Assembly (NCBI GenBank): GCA_964616135.1
Contig: CAZTTQ010000001.1
Span: forward strand, 43,875-107,874
Length of the DNA stretch: 64,000 bases
From: an uncultured Gammaproteobacteria bacterium
GTDB taxonomy: Bacteria > Patescibacteriota > Patescibacteriia > UBA9934 > GWF2-40-263
Direction of reading: 5' to 3'
Positions within the stretch are counted from its first letter, which is position 1, and each line of letters begins with the position of its first letter. Of this stretch, positions 45,057 through 54,386 are shown piece by piece. The position numbers and the translations under genes were made by a program. The notes under the pieces are model-generated. The model saw only the letters and a list, made by a program, of their open reading frames with translations. It was not told the DNA's origin and searched no databases.

Positions 45057-45455
45057 TTACACCGCCAACCGTTGCAACAGCTTGTGCAGCAGGGCGATTT
45101 CCGGCGCGGCCATGCGGGAGAAGATGCCGGCGCCGTGTTCCTCCAACGCCTCACGCAGCTGGCCGGCGGCCTTTTTGCCGTTGGCGGTGAGTGAGAGCAT
45201 CTTGGCGCGCTTGTCCTTGCCGGTCTTTTTGCCGACCAGTTTTTCTTCTTCCAGCTTGGCGATCTGCTCCGACATGGCGGCCGGTTTCATGGCCAGGTGT
45301 TCTCCCAGCTCCGACAGCGTGACCGGAGCGTCTTCCAGGCCGATCAGGATGGCGGCGGTCAGCATGGAGTCCGTGCTGCCGGCCTTGGCCGCGAATTTCA
45401 CGCGGCGGCCGACGCGGTACAGGGCCAGGAGGGTCTCGGTCTTTTCGTATTTCAT
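45057..45455 (-). CDS. MarR-family transcriptional regulator
   Basis: Winged-helix MarR pattern (…LSELGEHLAMKPAAMSEQIAKLEEEKLV…). Confidence 0.75.
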   Translation of the reverse strand: MKYEKTETLLALYRVGRRVKFAAKAGSTDSMLTAAILIGLEDAPVTLSELGEHLAMKPAAMSEQIAKLEEEKLVGKKTGKDKRAKMLSLTANGKKAAGQLREALEEHGAGIFSRMAAPEIALLHKLLQRLAV

Positions 45456-45489
45456 ACTTCACCTAGTATTACGGTTTCCGAACCTGCCG

Positions 45490-46458
45490 TCAAGTCCCCT
45501 CCTCTGCCGCGCAGGCGGCGAACGTGCGGGTAAACAGGGCGCGGTCCAGGGCGCGGCCAATCAGTACCACGTCGCTCCGGCGCTCTTCCCCCTCCTTCCA
45601 CGGACGGTCAGGCAGCGTTTCGAAATGGTGGTGCACGCCTTGGAAGACGAAGCGCTCCTCGCGTCCCTCGATGAAGAGGATGCCCTTGTAGCGCATGAGC
45701 TGGTCCCCGTTCAGCAACAGCGTTTCCGCGACCCAGCGGGACACCTTGGCCAGCGCGAGCGGTCGGGTTTCCTTTAACGCCACGCTCATCACGGCCGGGT
45801 TGTGGCCGTGGCGGTCTTGGGAAAAGCCCGTGGCGCGTTCATACGCCCGTCCGGAGGCGTTGGGCGCGAAGAGAACGTCCAGCGGGAGCTCCGAGCGCAC
45901 CGTGCGGACGACGCGGACGTGCTCGTTGTATTTCCGGATGACGTCCTCCAGTCTGCGCAGCGCGTCGGGGGCGACCAGGTCCGTCTTGTTGAGCAGGACG
46001 ACGTCCGCCGCGGCCAACTGTTCCGCCGCCTCCTTGGTTTCGGCCAGCTGGCCCTCCAAGTGGAACGCGTCCGCCACGGTGACGATGGAATCCAGCGCGT
46101 ACGCCTTGGCGAGCGAGGGGCGGTTCAGGAACGCCTTTACCAACGGGAACGGGTCGGCCAGGCCCGTGGTTTCGATGAAGACGCGTTCGAGACTCCCTCC
46201 CTCCCGCTTCAATTCCAACAGCTGCACCAACGCGTTGGCGGTGTCGCCGAGGGCGGCGCAGCAAATGGCGCCGTTCGACAGGGTCACGGTGGCGCCGGTG
46301 CCTTCCGGCAGGATCTGGTCGTCGATGCCGACGTCGCCGAATTCGTTCACCACCACCGCGACGCGGCGGCCGTGGAAGTCGTTCAGCAGGCGGTTCAACA
46401 GCGTGGTTTTGCCCGCGCCGAGAAAGCCGGTGATGAGGGTGACGGGGATGTGGGACAT
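45490..46458 (-). CDS. CobW/COG0523-family G3E GTPase (putative metal chaperone)
   Basis: Walker A GFLGAGKTT, CxCC-type motif (GAICCA), 322 aa. Confidence 0.75.
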   Translation of the reverse strand: MSHIPVTLITGFLGAGKTTLLNRLLNDFHGRRVAVVVNEFGDVGIDDQILPEGTGATVTLSNGAICCAALGDTANALVQLLELKREGGSLERVFIETTGLADPFPLVKAFLNRPSLAKAYALDSIVTVADAFHLEGQLAETKEAAEQLAAADVVLLNKTDLVAPDALRRLEDVIRKYNEHVRVVRTVRSELPLDVLFAPNASGRAYERATGFSQDRHGHNPAVMSVALKETRPLALAKVSRWVAETLLLNGDQLMRYKGILFIEGREERFVFQGVHHHFETLPDRPWKEGEERRSDVVLIGRALDRALFTRTFAACAAEEGT

Positions 46459-46460
46459 AC

Positions 46461-46835
46461 TTATTTGGTTTTGGCGCGCTTGGCTGCGGCGGCGGCGGCT
46501 TCCGCCCAGCGGACGGCTTCTTCCGGACGTTCCAGGATTTCCTCCGGCACGGAAAGGTAGCCCAGGGACACTTCCGTCCGGTCCTTGGCCGCGTAGGAGA
46601 ACGGTTCCCCGCCCGCCGCGGCCATCATGGCGCGGTTCTTTTCATCCACCTTAAGGTACAGGATGCCTTCCGCAACGATGCCGAAAAAGACGGAACCGGC
46701 GTACAGGCCATGCCCGCCGAACATGGCACGGGCCCGCAGCCCGGGCAGCCCGGCCAAGACGTCACCTAACACGTGTTCGACGAAACGGTCCGGTTTGCGG
46801 GCCATAGGAAGGATGGTGAGGGTCTTCTGTACCAT
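46461..46835 (-). CDS. TfoX N-terminal domain protein
   Basis: RARAMFGGHGLY...LYLKVDE matches TfoX_N consensus; start at MVQKTL (M91 of track ORF). Confidence 0.6.
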   Translation of the reverse strand: MVQKTLTILPMARKPDRFVEHVLGDVLAGLPGLRARAMFGGHGLYAGSVFFGIVAEGILYLKVDEKNRAMMAAAGGEPFSYAAKDRTEVSLGYLSVPEEILERPEEAVRWAEAAAAAAKRAKTK

Positions 46836-46911
46836 GTTTCGCCCCGCGGCGGTAGGGGCGAGGGGCGCCCCATGTTCAAACGTCCGCGTTTGCCCTATTG
46901 TACTTCCTCGT

Positions 46912-47265
46912 ATGGATTTCACCGAATTCGAACGCCTGGTCTCCGAGGCCGTCGATTCCCTGCCCGCCCACGTTTCGTCCGAGTTGGACAACGTGGCGTT
47001 TCTGGTCGAACCCGCAAGCCCGAACGGCGACGCGTTGGGCGAATACATCGGCGTGCCGCGCACGGAGCGCATCGCGTCGGATCCGTTGGAGTTGCCGGAC
47101 CGCATCGTGCTCTACCATGCCGACATCGTGGACGAATGCGACGGGGATCCCGCGGCGATCAGGGTGGAAATAGAACGCACGCTGTGGCATGAGATTGGCC
47201 ACCACTTGGGTTGGGACGACGACGTGATGGAGGAAGTGGAACGCAGCAAAGGATGGCGGGAATGA
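46912..47265 (+). CDS. zincin-like metallopeptidase family protein (HEIGHH)
   Basis: HEXXH motif WHEIGHHLGWDDD in a ~117-aa protein. Confidence 0.5.
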   Translation: MDFTEFERLVSEAVDSLPAHVSSELDNVAFLVEPASPNGDALGEYIGVPRTERIASDPLELPDRIVLYHADIVDECDGDPAAIRVEIERTLWHEIGHHLGWDDDVMEEVERSKGWRE

Positions 47266-47357
47266 GGCGGACGGACCCTGGACAACGGGGTCCGTTTTTG
47301 CTAGGCCCCGCGCGCCTTAATGTCCGGATGTCCCGGACTTTTGGCAAGAGGTAGGCC

Positions 47358-47636
47358 GTGAAGCGTGACTTGTACTGGCTGTTTGATCAGGCGTTGCAGA
47401 TCCTGGATCCGGCGAAGGCGTTCGACCTCACATTCAACACGTCCGGATTCGGTCCGGACTACGCCGTGTACTTCCCTGACGACGAAGGGGCTGTGCGCTA
47501 CTCGAGCGAGTCGCCGCACCGCCTGAGGGTCGCCATCATCGAAGGCGCCCGCACGGGCCTGACCTGGGCCGGCACGCGACAACCCCCGCCGCTCCGATCT
47601 GGAGCCGGCGGGGATTTTTTATCGCTGAACGATTGA
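47358..47636 (+). CDS. hypothetical small protein (C-terminus overlaps terminator hairpin)
   Basis: GTG with GAGGTAGG SD; protein-like N-terminal 75 aa. Confidence 0.35.
   Translation: MKRDLYWLFDQALQILDPAKAFDLTFNTSGFGPDYAVYFPDDEGAVRYSSESPHRLRVAIIEGARTGLTWAGTRQPPPLRSGAGGDFLSLND
47583..47622 (+). terminator. terminator, member of repeated pair (cccccgccgctccgatctggagccggcgggg + ATTTTTTAT)
   Basis: Near-identical 40-nt copy at 48431-48468. Confidence 0.65.
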
Positions 47637-47661
47637 CAAACCCCCCGTTTTGCTGTATAAG
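47633..47661 (+). promoter_or_regulatory. sigma70-type promoter TTGACA-N17-TATAAG
   Basis: Consensus -35/-10; ~70-nt structured leader to ATG 47736. Confidence 0.6.
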
Positions 47662-47735
47662 AAAAATGTCGGATACCTCCGACGACCCGCGGCCGGTTTT
47701 GGTCGTTTCGTAGGACGAAAGGATGTGAAGGCACG

Positions 47736-48422
47736 ATGGGACTGACCCTGCTCTGGGTACTGAACTTTGCCATCTCGTGGTTCAACGCGTGGGCCTGCGG
47801 CCAGGCGTGGAACGAAAGCAAGAAGCAGGGCGGCTTCCCGCATCTGACCAACTGGGCGGGTGCGATCATGTCCGCCAGCGGCTTCAGCTGGTGCTACATG
47901 GTGGTTCTCGCCTGGTTCGGCGCCACGGTGCCGTTCACGGACAAGAAGACCCACGTGGTGTCCACCCTGCTCAGCCAGGCGGACCTGCAGGCCTTCTGCG
48001 ACCTCGGCTACGCCGTGATCGTGATCCCGATCATCGGGTCGGGCCTGATCATCATGCTCGACACGTGGGCGCACTTCTACCGGAAGCGCACCATCGGGAA
48101 CGCCCTGCTCTCCGGGTACAACACCTTCGCCCAGCTGCACAACATGTACAGCGCGGCGCAGCACCTGCCCGGCGTCTTCACGCGGCTCGGAGACTTCTTC
48201 TTCGCCAAGGGCAGCAAGGACGGAAAGGGCAAGCTCATCATCGCCCTCGTCGTCCTCTCCGTGGCGGGCGGCATCCTGACGGCCCGCGCCATCCTGCTCG
48301 CGTCCGCCGGCAGCCGCGCCCGCCGCACCTCCGACGACCTTCACGACGCGGAACGTGAGTTCAAGCGCCGCGAACGCGAACGTGGGCACGCCGCCGGCAG
48401 CGGAGCCGCTTCCGCCGCCTGA
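47736..48422 (+). CDS. hypothetical polytopic membrane protein
   Basis: Hydrophobic, SD AAGGATG; flanked by two copies of the same terminator. Confidence 0.55.
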   Translation: MGLTLLWVLNFAISWFNAWACGQAWNESKKQGGFPHLTNWAGAIMSASGFSWCYMVVLAWFGATVPFTDKKTHVVSTLLSQADLQAFCDLGYAVIVIPIIGSGLIIMLDTWAHFYRKRTIGNALLSGYNTFAQLHNMYSAAQHLPGVFTRLGDFFFAKGSKDGKGKLIIALVVLSVAGGILTARAILLASAGSRARRTSDDLHDAEREFKRRERERGHAAGSGAASAA

Positions 48423-48430
48423 AACGCAAT

Positions 48431-48468
48431 CCCCGCCACTCCGATCTGGAGCCGGCGGGGATTTTTTA
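48431..48468. terminator. bidirectional terminator repeat copy 2
   Basis: ccccgccactccgatctggagccggcgggg + ATTTTTTATT; also directly follows ATPase stop on minus strand with TTGCGTTT tail. Confidence 0.65.
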
Positions 48469-50325
48469 TTCCGCAGAAGCGACGCGCAGCGCGTTCAAGA
48501 TGACGACGACGTCCACCGCCTCCTGCAGGATGGCGCCGTAGAGCGGCGGGAGATATCCGGCCGCGGCGACGCCCATGAGGAGAAACGACAGCGCCATGCC
48601 GAGTTGGATACCGCCGACGGCGACGCTCACCGTGCGTTTGGCGATGGCGCGGACTTCCGCGACCTTGTGTACGTCGTCCAAGGTGATGACGATGTCCGCC
48701 GTTTCCGCGGAGGCGGCGGATCCGTTCGCCCCCATCGCGATACCGACGTCGGCGGCAGCCAGCGCGGGCGCGTCGTTCACGCCGTCGCCGACCATGGCTA
48801 CCGCGCCGCGGGTTTGGAGCTGGGCGATCCGCTTCACCTTGTCGCCCGGCAGGCATTCGGCAAACACGCGGCTGACGCCCGCTTCTTTTGCCAGGGCCTT
48901 TGCGACGGTCTCTTTGTCGCCGGTGAGCAATTCCACGTCCTTTACGCCCGCGCGGCGCAGTTCCGCGACGAACGCGGCCAGTCCGGGACGGGCCTTGTCC
49001 GAAAACGAGATGGATCCGCGGAGCCGGTTCCCTTCTGCCAAATATACGGTGCGGATGCCGCGGGACTTTTTCTTTTCCGCGTCCTTTGCCAACGCCCCCG
49101 GGATGGCGACGCCTAATCCCTTGAGGAAGCTGAGGCGGCCGAACGCGTACGTCTTTCCGCCCAGGCGGCCGGTGACGCCGCGGCCCACGTCTTCCTTAAA
49201 GCGTTCCGGGAACGGCAGAGCGAGTCCGCGCTCTTCTGCCTGAGCCGTCAGGGTGCGGGCCAATACGTGGGACGATCCCTGGTCCAAGGACGCGGCGAGG
49301 CGCAGTACGTCTTCTTCCGAGCCGTATTCGGCGGCAATCCCGCGTACGACCGGCGTGCCGAACGTGAGCGTGCCGGTCTTGTCGAAGACGAACGCGCGGG
49401 CGCGGGCCAATACCTCCAAGGCCCCTCCGTGCTTCACGATGATACCCCGGCCCGCCGCCCGGCTGATGCCGGAAATCATGGCGATCGGCGTGGCCAGGAT
49501 AAGCGGGCACGGCGTGGCCACCACTAGCACGGCCAGCACGCGCGTCGGATCGCCGGAAACCATCCACGCCCCCGCGGCCACCAAGAACGTGACGAGGGTG
49601 AAGAATCCGCTATACCGGTCCGCCAGGCGCACGAGCGGCGCTTTTTTGCTTTCCGCCTCCTGCACGAGCGTCACGATGCGTCCGTATTGGCTTTCCGCCG
49701 CGTTGGAGAGCGCGCGGACGGTCAGAAGCGATCCGCCGTTGACGGCGCCGCCGGGAATGCGGCTGTGCGGCGCCACGTCCATGGGCAGTGATTCGCCCGT
49801 CAGGCGCGATGCGTCCATTTGTCCCGTCCCTGCGATGACCACCGCGTCCACCGGCACCACGTCACCCGGTTTAACGGCCAAGCGGTCGCCCGCCTTTACC
49901 TGTTCTACCGGCACGTTTTTCACTTTGCCGCGCACGTACAGGTGCGCCACGGTCGGCGCGGCGGACAACAGCGCCCGGAGCGATCGGCGCGCACGGACGA
50001 GCGCATACGCTTCCAGCGCTTCGCCGCCAGAAAGCATGAGCAAGATGACGCAGCCGGCCACCCACTGGCCGAAGAAGGCCGCCGCGCCCATGGCCGCGAC
50101 CGCGATCACGTCCACGCCGAACCGGCCCTTTGTGAGCTGGCGCAACAGACCGGCTGCCGCGGGGATCCCGCCCGCCGCCAGGAGCAGGACGAACGCCGGC
50201 AGCGCCGCTTCCGCTCCTGATCGGGACTGCCAAGCCAGCGCCGCTCCAAACCACAACGCGAACACGACCGGTTGCACCAAGGCGTGCGCGGCGCGGGAAC
50301 GCTCCTCCTGAGCCTGCTGTTTCAT
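48466..50325 (-). CDS. P1B-type heavy-metal-translocating P-type ATPase (no N-terminal HMA domain)
   Basis: CPx (ATPCPLILATP), DKTGTLT, GDGVNDAPAL; start MKQQAQEE with TATACT box 7 nt upstream (possibly leaderless). Confidence 0.85.
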   Translation of the reverse strand: MKQQAQEERSRAAHALVQPVVFALWFGAALAWQSRSGAEAALPAFVLLLAAGGIPAAAGLLRQLTKGRFGVDVIAVAAMGAAAFFGQWVAGCVILLMLSGGEALEAYALVRARRSLRALLSAAPTVAHLYVRGKVKNVPVEQVKAGDRLAVKPGDVVPVDAVVIAGTGQMDASRLTGESLPMDVAPHSRIPGGAVNGGSLLTVRALSNAAESQYGRIVTLVQEAESKKAPLVRLADRYSGFFTLVTFLVAAGAWMVSGDPTRVLAVLVVATPCPLILATPIAMISGISRAAGRGIIVKHGGALEVLARARAFVFDKTGTLTFGTPVVRGIAAEYGSEEDVLRLAASLDQGSSHVLARTLTAQAEERGLALPFPERFKEDVGRGVTGRLGGKTYAFGRLSFLKGLGVAIPGALAKDAEKKKSRGIRTVYLAEGNRLRGSISFSDKARPGLAAFVAELRRAGVKDVELLTGDKETVAKALAKEAGVSRVFAECLPGDKVKRIAQLQTRGAVAMVGDGVNDAPALAAADVGIAMGANGSAASAETADIVITLDDVHKVAEVRAIAKRTVSVAVGGIQLGMALSFLLMGVAAAGYLPPLYGAILQEAVDVVVILNALRVASAE

Positions 50326-50403
50326 GCGGCCCAGTATAGCGCGTCTTCCCACCCCACCCCAAACCCTGGCGGAATACGGGGATCTCGCCTACACTTCCCC
50401 CGT

Positions 50404-50913
50404 ATGCGTCTCCCTACGAGAAAATCAGAAACCGACCGTATCGCCCTCCAGGGAGAACCGGACCGCTTCCTTACGCCGGAGACCATGGAACGGATGCGGC
50501 GCCAAATTTACGACCTGGAAACCGTCCAGCGCCCGTCCGCTAAGTTGGAGCTGCAAAAAGCGCAGGAAATGGGCGACTTGTCCGAAAACTTCGGCTATCA
50601 GGAAGCCAAACGCCGGCTGCGCAACATCAATGACCGCATCGTGATGCTGGAAGAAAAGCTCAAAGTTGCCGTCCCGATCCACGCCGGGTCTGAAGACGGC
50701 AAAATCCGCATCGGTTCCACGGTCACGGTGGAAACCGGCGGCAAGGAGACCGAATACATGATCGTCGGTGCGCAGGAAGCCATGCCGCTCCGTCGCAAGA
50801 TTTCGTATCTGTCGCCGCTTGGTGCGCTCCTTATGGGCAAATCCGCGGGCGACGTCGTGACGGTCAAAACCGAACGCGGCGACGCCGTCTACCGCATTTT
50901 GTCGGTCGCGTAA
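50404..50913 (+). CDS. GreA/GreB-family transcription elongation factor (second paralog)
   Basis: MGDLSENFGYQEAKRRLR and C-terminal domain similar to 29090..29542 product. Confidence 0.75.
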   Translation: MRLPTRKSETDRIALQGEPDRFLTPETMERMRRQIYDLETVQRPSAKLELQKAQEMGDLSENFGYQEAKRRLRNINDRIVMLEEKLKVAVPIHAGSEDGKIRIGSTVTVETGGKETEYMIVGAQEAMPLRRKISYLSPLGALLMGKSAGDVVTVKTERGDAVYRILSVA

Positions 50914-50943
50914 AACAACAGACCCCTCGCGGGGTCTGTTGTT

Positions 50944-51741
50944 TTATCCGTACATCCACACACCGAGCGCATCCGACAAGCGGCCGTACCAGGCGGACAG
51001 TGCCGGTCCCCAAAAGAGGACGGCCGTGCCGGCCGCCACCAGGAACGGACCGAACGCCATGGTCGACGTGCGCATCAACCGGCCCGCGGCGATCAGGCAA
51101 AGCGCCACGGCCGCCCCGCCGACGTACGCAAGCAGGAGCGCGGCCAGGATGCCGGGGAATCCCAGTAGGACGCCCAAGGCGAGACCGATCCATGCGTCGC
51201 CCAGGCCGACCCATTTCCCTTTGGAGAGGAAATGCTGCGCGGCGAAGAACCCGACGCCGACCAACGCCCCCGCCGCCACGGACGCGGGCGCCATGCCCAG
51301 CATGAGCTGCGCCGGCACGAGCGCGGCGGCAGATCCGACCATAAGGAGCGGTGACACGTCCTGCCGCAACGCGTCCGTCAGGAAGGTGTACGTGAACACG
51401 CAGAGGACGAACCAGTTCCGCAACAAGGCAAGTTCATTGCCGTCCGCCGCCAGGAATGCCAGGACGAACAGGACGCCGAGCACCGCCTCCACGACCGGAT
51501 ACCGCCACGGGATCAGGCCCTTGCATCCCGCGCACTTCCCCCGTAACGCGATCCAGGAGAATACCGGGACCAGTTCCATCGGCCCCAGCGCCTTGCGGCA
51601 CGCGTTGCAGGCCGACCGGCGGAACGGGGACGACGGTCCGTCCGCGCACGTATGGACGAAGCTGCCGAGCGCGGCGCCGAGCAATCCCGCCAACGCGAGG
51701 ACGGACGGCGAGGACGAGAGGAGGGAGAGAAGTTGGGCCAT
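50944..51741 (-). CDS. prepilin peptidase (A24 family, type IV pilin leader peptidase/N-methyltransferase)
   Basis: Two CxxC pairs in N-terminal cytoplasmic loop, GLGDAWIGLALG catalytic-Asp region, multi-TM. Confidence 0.7.
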   Translation of the reverse strand: MAQLLSLLSSSPSVLALAGLLGAALGSFVHTCADGPSSPFRRSACNACRKALGPMELVPVFSWIALRGKCAGCKGLIPWRYPVVEAVLGVLFVLAFLAADGNELALLRNWFVLCVFTYTFLTDALRQDVSPLLMVGSAAALVPAQLMLGMAPASVAAGALVGVGFFAAQHFLSKGKWVGLGDAWIGLALGVLLGFPGILAALLLAYVGGAAVALCLIAAGRLMRTSTMAFGPFLVAAGTAVLFWGPALSAWYGRLSDALGVWMYG

Positions 51742-51742
51742 A

Positions 51743-52282
51743 TTAGGCGGCGTCCTTCAACAGCGCGCGGAACCGGTCGCGCAGCTTGTCCATTTTAGGA
51801 TTGATGACCAGGCGGCAGTACGCCTTGTCCGGGTTGTTTTGGAAGTACTGGCGATGATACGCCTCGGCCGGATAGAACGCCGGGAGCGGGGCGATTTCCG
51901 TCACGACCTTCTTTCCTTCCTCATTCAACTTGGAGACGAACGCCTCCGCGGCCGCCTTTTGCGCCCGCGTCGTGTAAAAGACGACGGATCGGTACTGCGT
52001 GCCGATATCGTTTCCCTGCCGGTTCAATGTGGTTGGGTCGTGCGTGGCGAAAAACACCGTCAGCAGGTCGTCAAAGGCGACGACTGCGGGGTCGAATTCC
52101 ACACGCAACACCTCCGCGTGGCCCGTTTCACCCGTACAGACCTGTTCGTACGTCGGGTTTGGCACCGATCCGCCCGCGTAGCCGGGCAGGACGGACGTGA
52201 CGCCCTTCAGTGATTCGAACACCGCCTCCGTACACCAGAAGCACCCGCCGCCGAACGCGACCGTCTCCAACATGGAAGCCAT
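51743..52282 (-). CDS. msrA: peptide methionine sulfoxide reductase MsrA
   Basis: GGGCFWC active-site motif. Confidence 0.9.
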   Translation of the reverse strand: MASMLETVAFGGGCFWCTEAVFESLKGVTSVLPGYAGGSVPNPTYEQVCTGETGHAEVLRVEFDPAVVAFDDLLTVFFATHDPTTLNRQGNDIGTQYRSVVFYTTRAQKAAAEAFVSKLNEEGKKVVTEIAPLPAFYPAEAYHRQYFQNNPDKAYCRLVINPKMDKLRDRFRALLKDAA

Positions 52283-52562
52283 AGTGCCCGGATTATCGCA
52301 TATCGTCCGCGCAAACGAAAACGGCCCTGATGGGGCCGTTTTGTATCCGTACTTCCGTCGCGTTACTTCTTTCCCTCTTCCGGCGGAGCCAGCTTCTTGC
52401 CTTCTTCGGGCGGGGCGATGAATACCATAGGATGAGGTTGGTGAATGAATAAACGCGTCTTCAGCACGGCGTTAAGCCGTAGAACGAGGGTACGCCGAAA
52501 ACGGCCCCGCGTCCACCGTTTATGGGGACAAAAAACTTGCGGGAAATCCCCCGTTCTGCCTC

Positions 52563-53762
52563 TTACCATCCCGCCAGCGTACGCAGCTCGTTTCGCCTGG
52601 TTTCAAAGGCTTGACGCGCGTCCGCCTTTATGGGGTCTCCCGCCGGAAATTCGACCTCCAGCGGGTTCACCAATTTGCCGTTGTACGAAACCTCGTAGTG
52701 CAGGTGGGGTCCGGTCGAAAAGCCCGTGGACCCGACGTAGCCGATGACCTGCCCTTGGCTGACCGTACTTCCCTTCTTGACGCCCTTGGCGAAGGCGGAC
52801 AAGTGCGCGTAGTTGGTGCCGTACGTGTCGTTGTGGCGGATCTTGACGAAGTTCCCGTAGCCGGCGGAATTCCATCCCGCGAACGTGACGACGCCGTCAC
52901 CGACGGCCTTGACCGGCGTCCCGACGGCGGCCGCGTAGTCGATGGCGCGGTGCGGCGCGGTCTTTTGGGTGACCGGGTGGAAACGCGCGTACGTGAACCC
53001 GGACGTGATGCGGTTGAAAGCGAGCGGCGCCTTCAGGAACGCGCGCACGAGCGAGTTGCCGTCCGCGTCGTAGTAGCCGCCCTTGCCGTCCTGCTCAAAC
53101 CAAAACGCCTCTTGGCGCTTCCCGGCGTTGGTGAAGCTTGCGGCCAGCACGCGCCCGACGCCGGCGTCCTTGCCGTCGCGGGTCCGCGTCTCGTACAGCG
53201 TCTGGAACGTGTCTCCTACGCGCGTCTGCGTGGCGAAATCGATCGTCCAGGCGAACGCCTCGGCCATCTCCAGCACGGCGATCTCCGGGATGCCGGCGTC
53301 CAAGGCGGACACGTACAGCGACGAGTCGATGGTGCCGGACCCGGTTTTGAGCGCCACGTCGTAGGCGATGGGTTCCTCTTTGGCCGTCCAGGCGTCGCCC
53401 GCCGGTTCCGCGACGACAACGCGCGCGTTGTCCGGCTCGTACGAAATGGAGAGCAAGGCGCCGTCCAGGGATTCGGTGCGGACCAAGGCGCGGCCGACGC
53501 GCACGCGGGTGAAGTCGTACACGTCCGCGGCCGACGCGGCGAGCGCGATGGCCTGCGCGTACGACAGCCCCAAGTCCTGGGCCGCGACGGCGAAGGTCTC
53601 GCCTTCCCCGATGACGTGTTCCTTCCGCACGGTGCGCGGCGCCTCGGGCACGACGGGCGCCGGAACCGAAGCGGCGGGCGAAACGGACGCGGGTCGCAAG
53701 AACCAAACGCTCCCGCCGACGAGCAGCAAGGCGGCGGGAATCGCGAGATAGGCGCGGCGCAT
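52563..53762 (-). CDS. M23-family peptidoglycan metallopeptidase (N-terminal OapA/LysM-like region)
   Basis: HRAIDYAA...GYGNFVKIRH...GPHLHYEV. Confidence 0.8.
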   Translation of the reverse strand: MRRAYLAIPAALLLVGGSVWFLRPASVSPAASVPAPVVPEAPRTVRKEHVIGEGETFAVAAQDLGLSYAQAIALAASAADVYDFTRVRVGRALVRTESLDGALLSISYEPDNARVVVAEPAGDAWTAKEEPIAYDVALKTGSGTIDSSLYVSALDAGIPEIAVLEMAEAFAWTIDFATQTRVGDTFQTLYETRTRDGKDAGVGRVLAASFTNAGKRQEAFWFEQDGKGGYYDADGNSLVRAFLKAPLAFNRITSGFTYARFHPVTQKTAPHRAIDYAAAVGTPVKAVGDGVVTFAGWNSAGYGNFVKIRHNDTYGTNYAHLSAFAKGVKKGSTVSQGQVIGYVGSTGFSTGPHLHYEVSYNGKLVNPLEVEFPAGDPIKADARQAFETRRNELRTLAGW

Positions 53763-53826
53763 AGCCGCCCTACGATACCAAACCGCGCGCGAACAAACAA
53801 AACGGACCCCGAAGGGTCCGGTTCGC

Positions 53827-54270
53827 TTAGATCAGGTTTACGTCCTGAACCACTTCCTTGCCGCCTTCTTCCTCATCTTCGCCGTCTTCGTCGATGTCCT
53901 CCGTGAGGGCTTCGATCAGGGCGTCGAGCTTTTCTTCAATGCGGGCCAAGCGGGCTTCTACCTTGCCCAAGTCCAGGCCGGCGGACGGACGGGACTGGTA
54001 GGCCGGGCGTTCCGCGCGGTCGCCGCCGAAGGACGGGCGGTCGAACGAGCGCTTCGGGCCGGAAACCATGCCCTGGTCGTCTTTCTTGAAGCAGTTGCGG
54101 CAGTAGACCGGCTTGGAACCGTTCGGAATGAACGGGACCTGGCACATGTCGCCGCAGCCGTCGCACTTGGCGTCATGCTTCGGGCGGTCCTGGAATCCAC
54201 CGTAACGGCGTCCGCCGTTGCTAAAGCCACCGGCGCCACCACCACGATTGTCGCGAAAATTATTGTACAT
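53827..54270 (-). CDS. small protein: Gly/Arg-rich (RGG-like) N-terminus, C4 zinc ribbon, acidic C-terminal tail
   Basis: CDGCGDMC...CRNC cysteines; composition consistent with coding; hairpin+T-rich terminator at ~53790-53818. Confidence 0.5.
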   Translation of the reverse strand: MYNNFRDNRGGGAGGFSNGGRRYGGFQDRPKHDAKCDGCGDMCQVPFIPNGSKPVYCRNCFKKDDQGMVSGPKRSFDRPSFGGDRAERPAYQSRPSAGLDLGKVEARLARIEEKLDALIEALTEDIDEDGEDEEEGGKEVVQDVNLI

Positions 54271-54386
54271 ATTGGAATTCGCGAAGGATAGCGGAATCCG
54301 CGCGAAAAGTCAATGGCCGGAGGCCTTATTCGAACAAATGGCGCGGACTGGGGCGTTTTGGCGGGACGACGGGCGACTCCGCAGGG

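Noticed and set aside
52611-53906. + strand 431-aa ORF
   Set aside because: It lies antisense to the M23 peptidase gene (52563..53762), whose catalytic motifs are clear.
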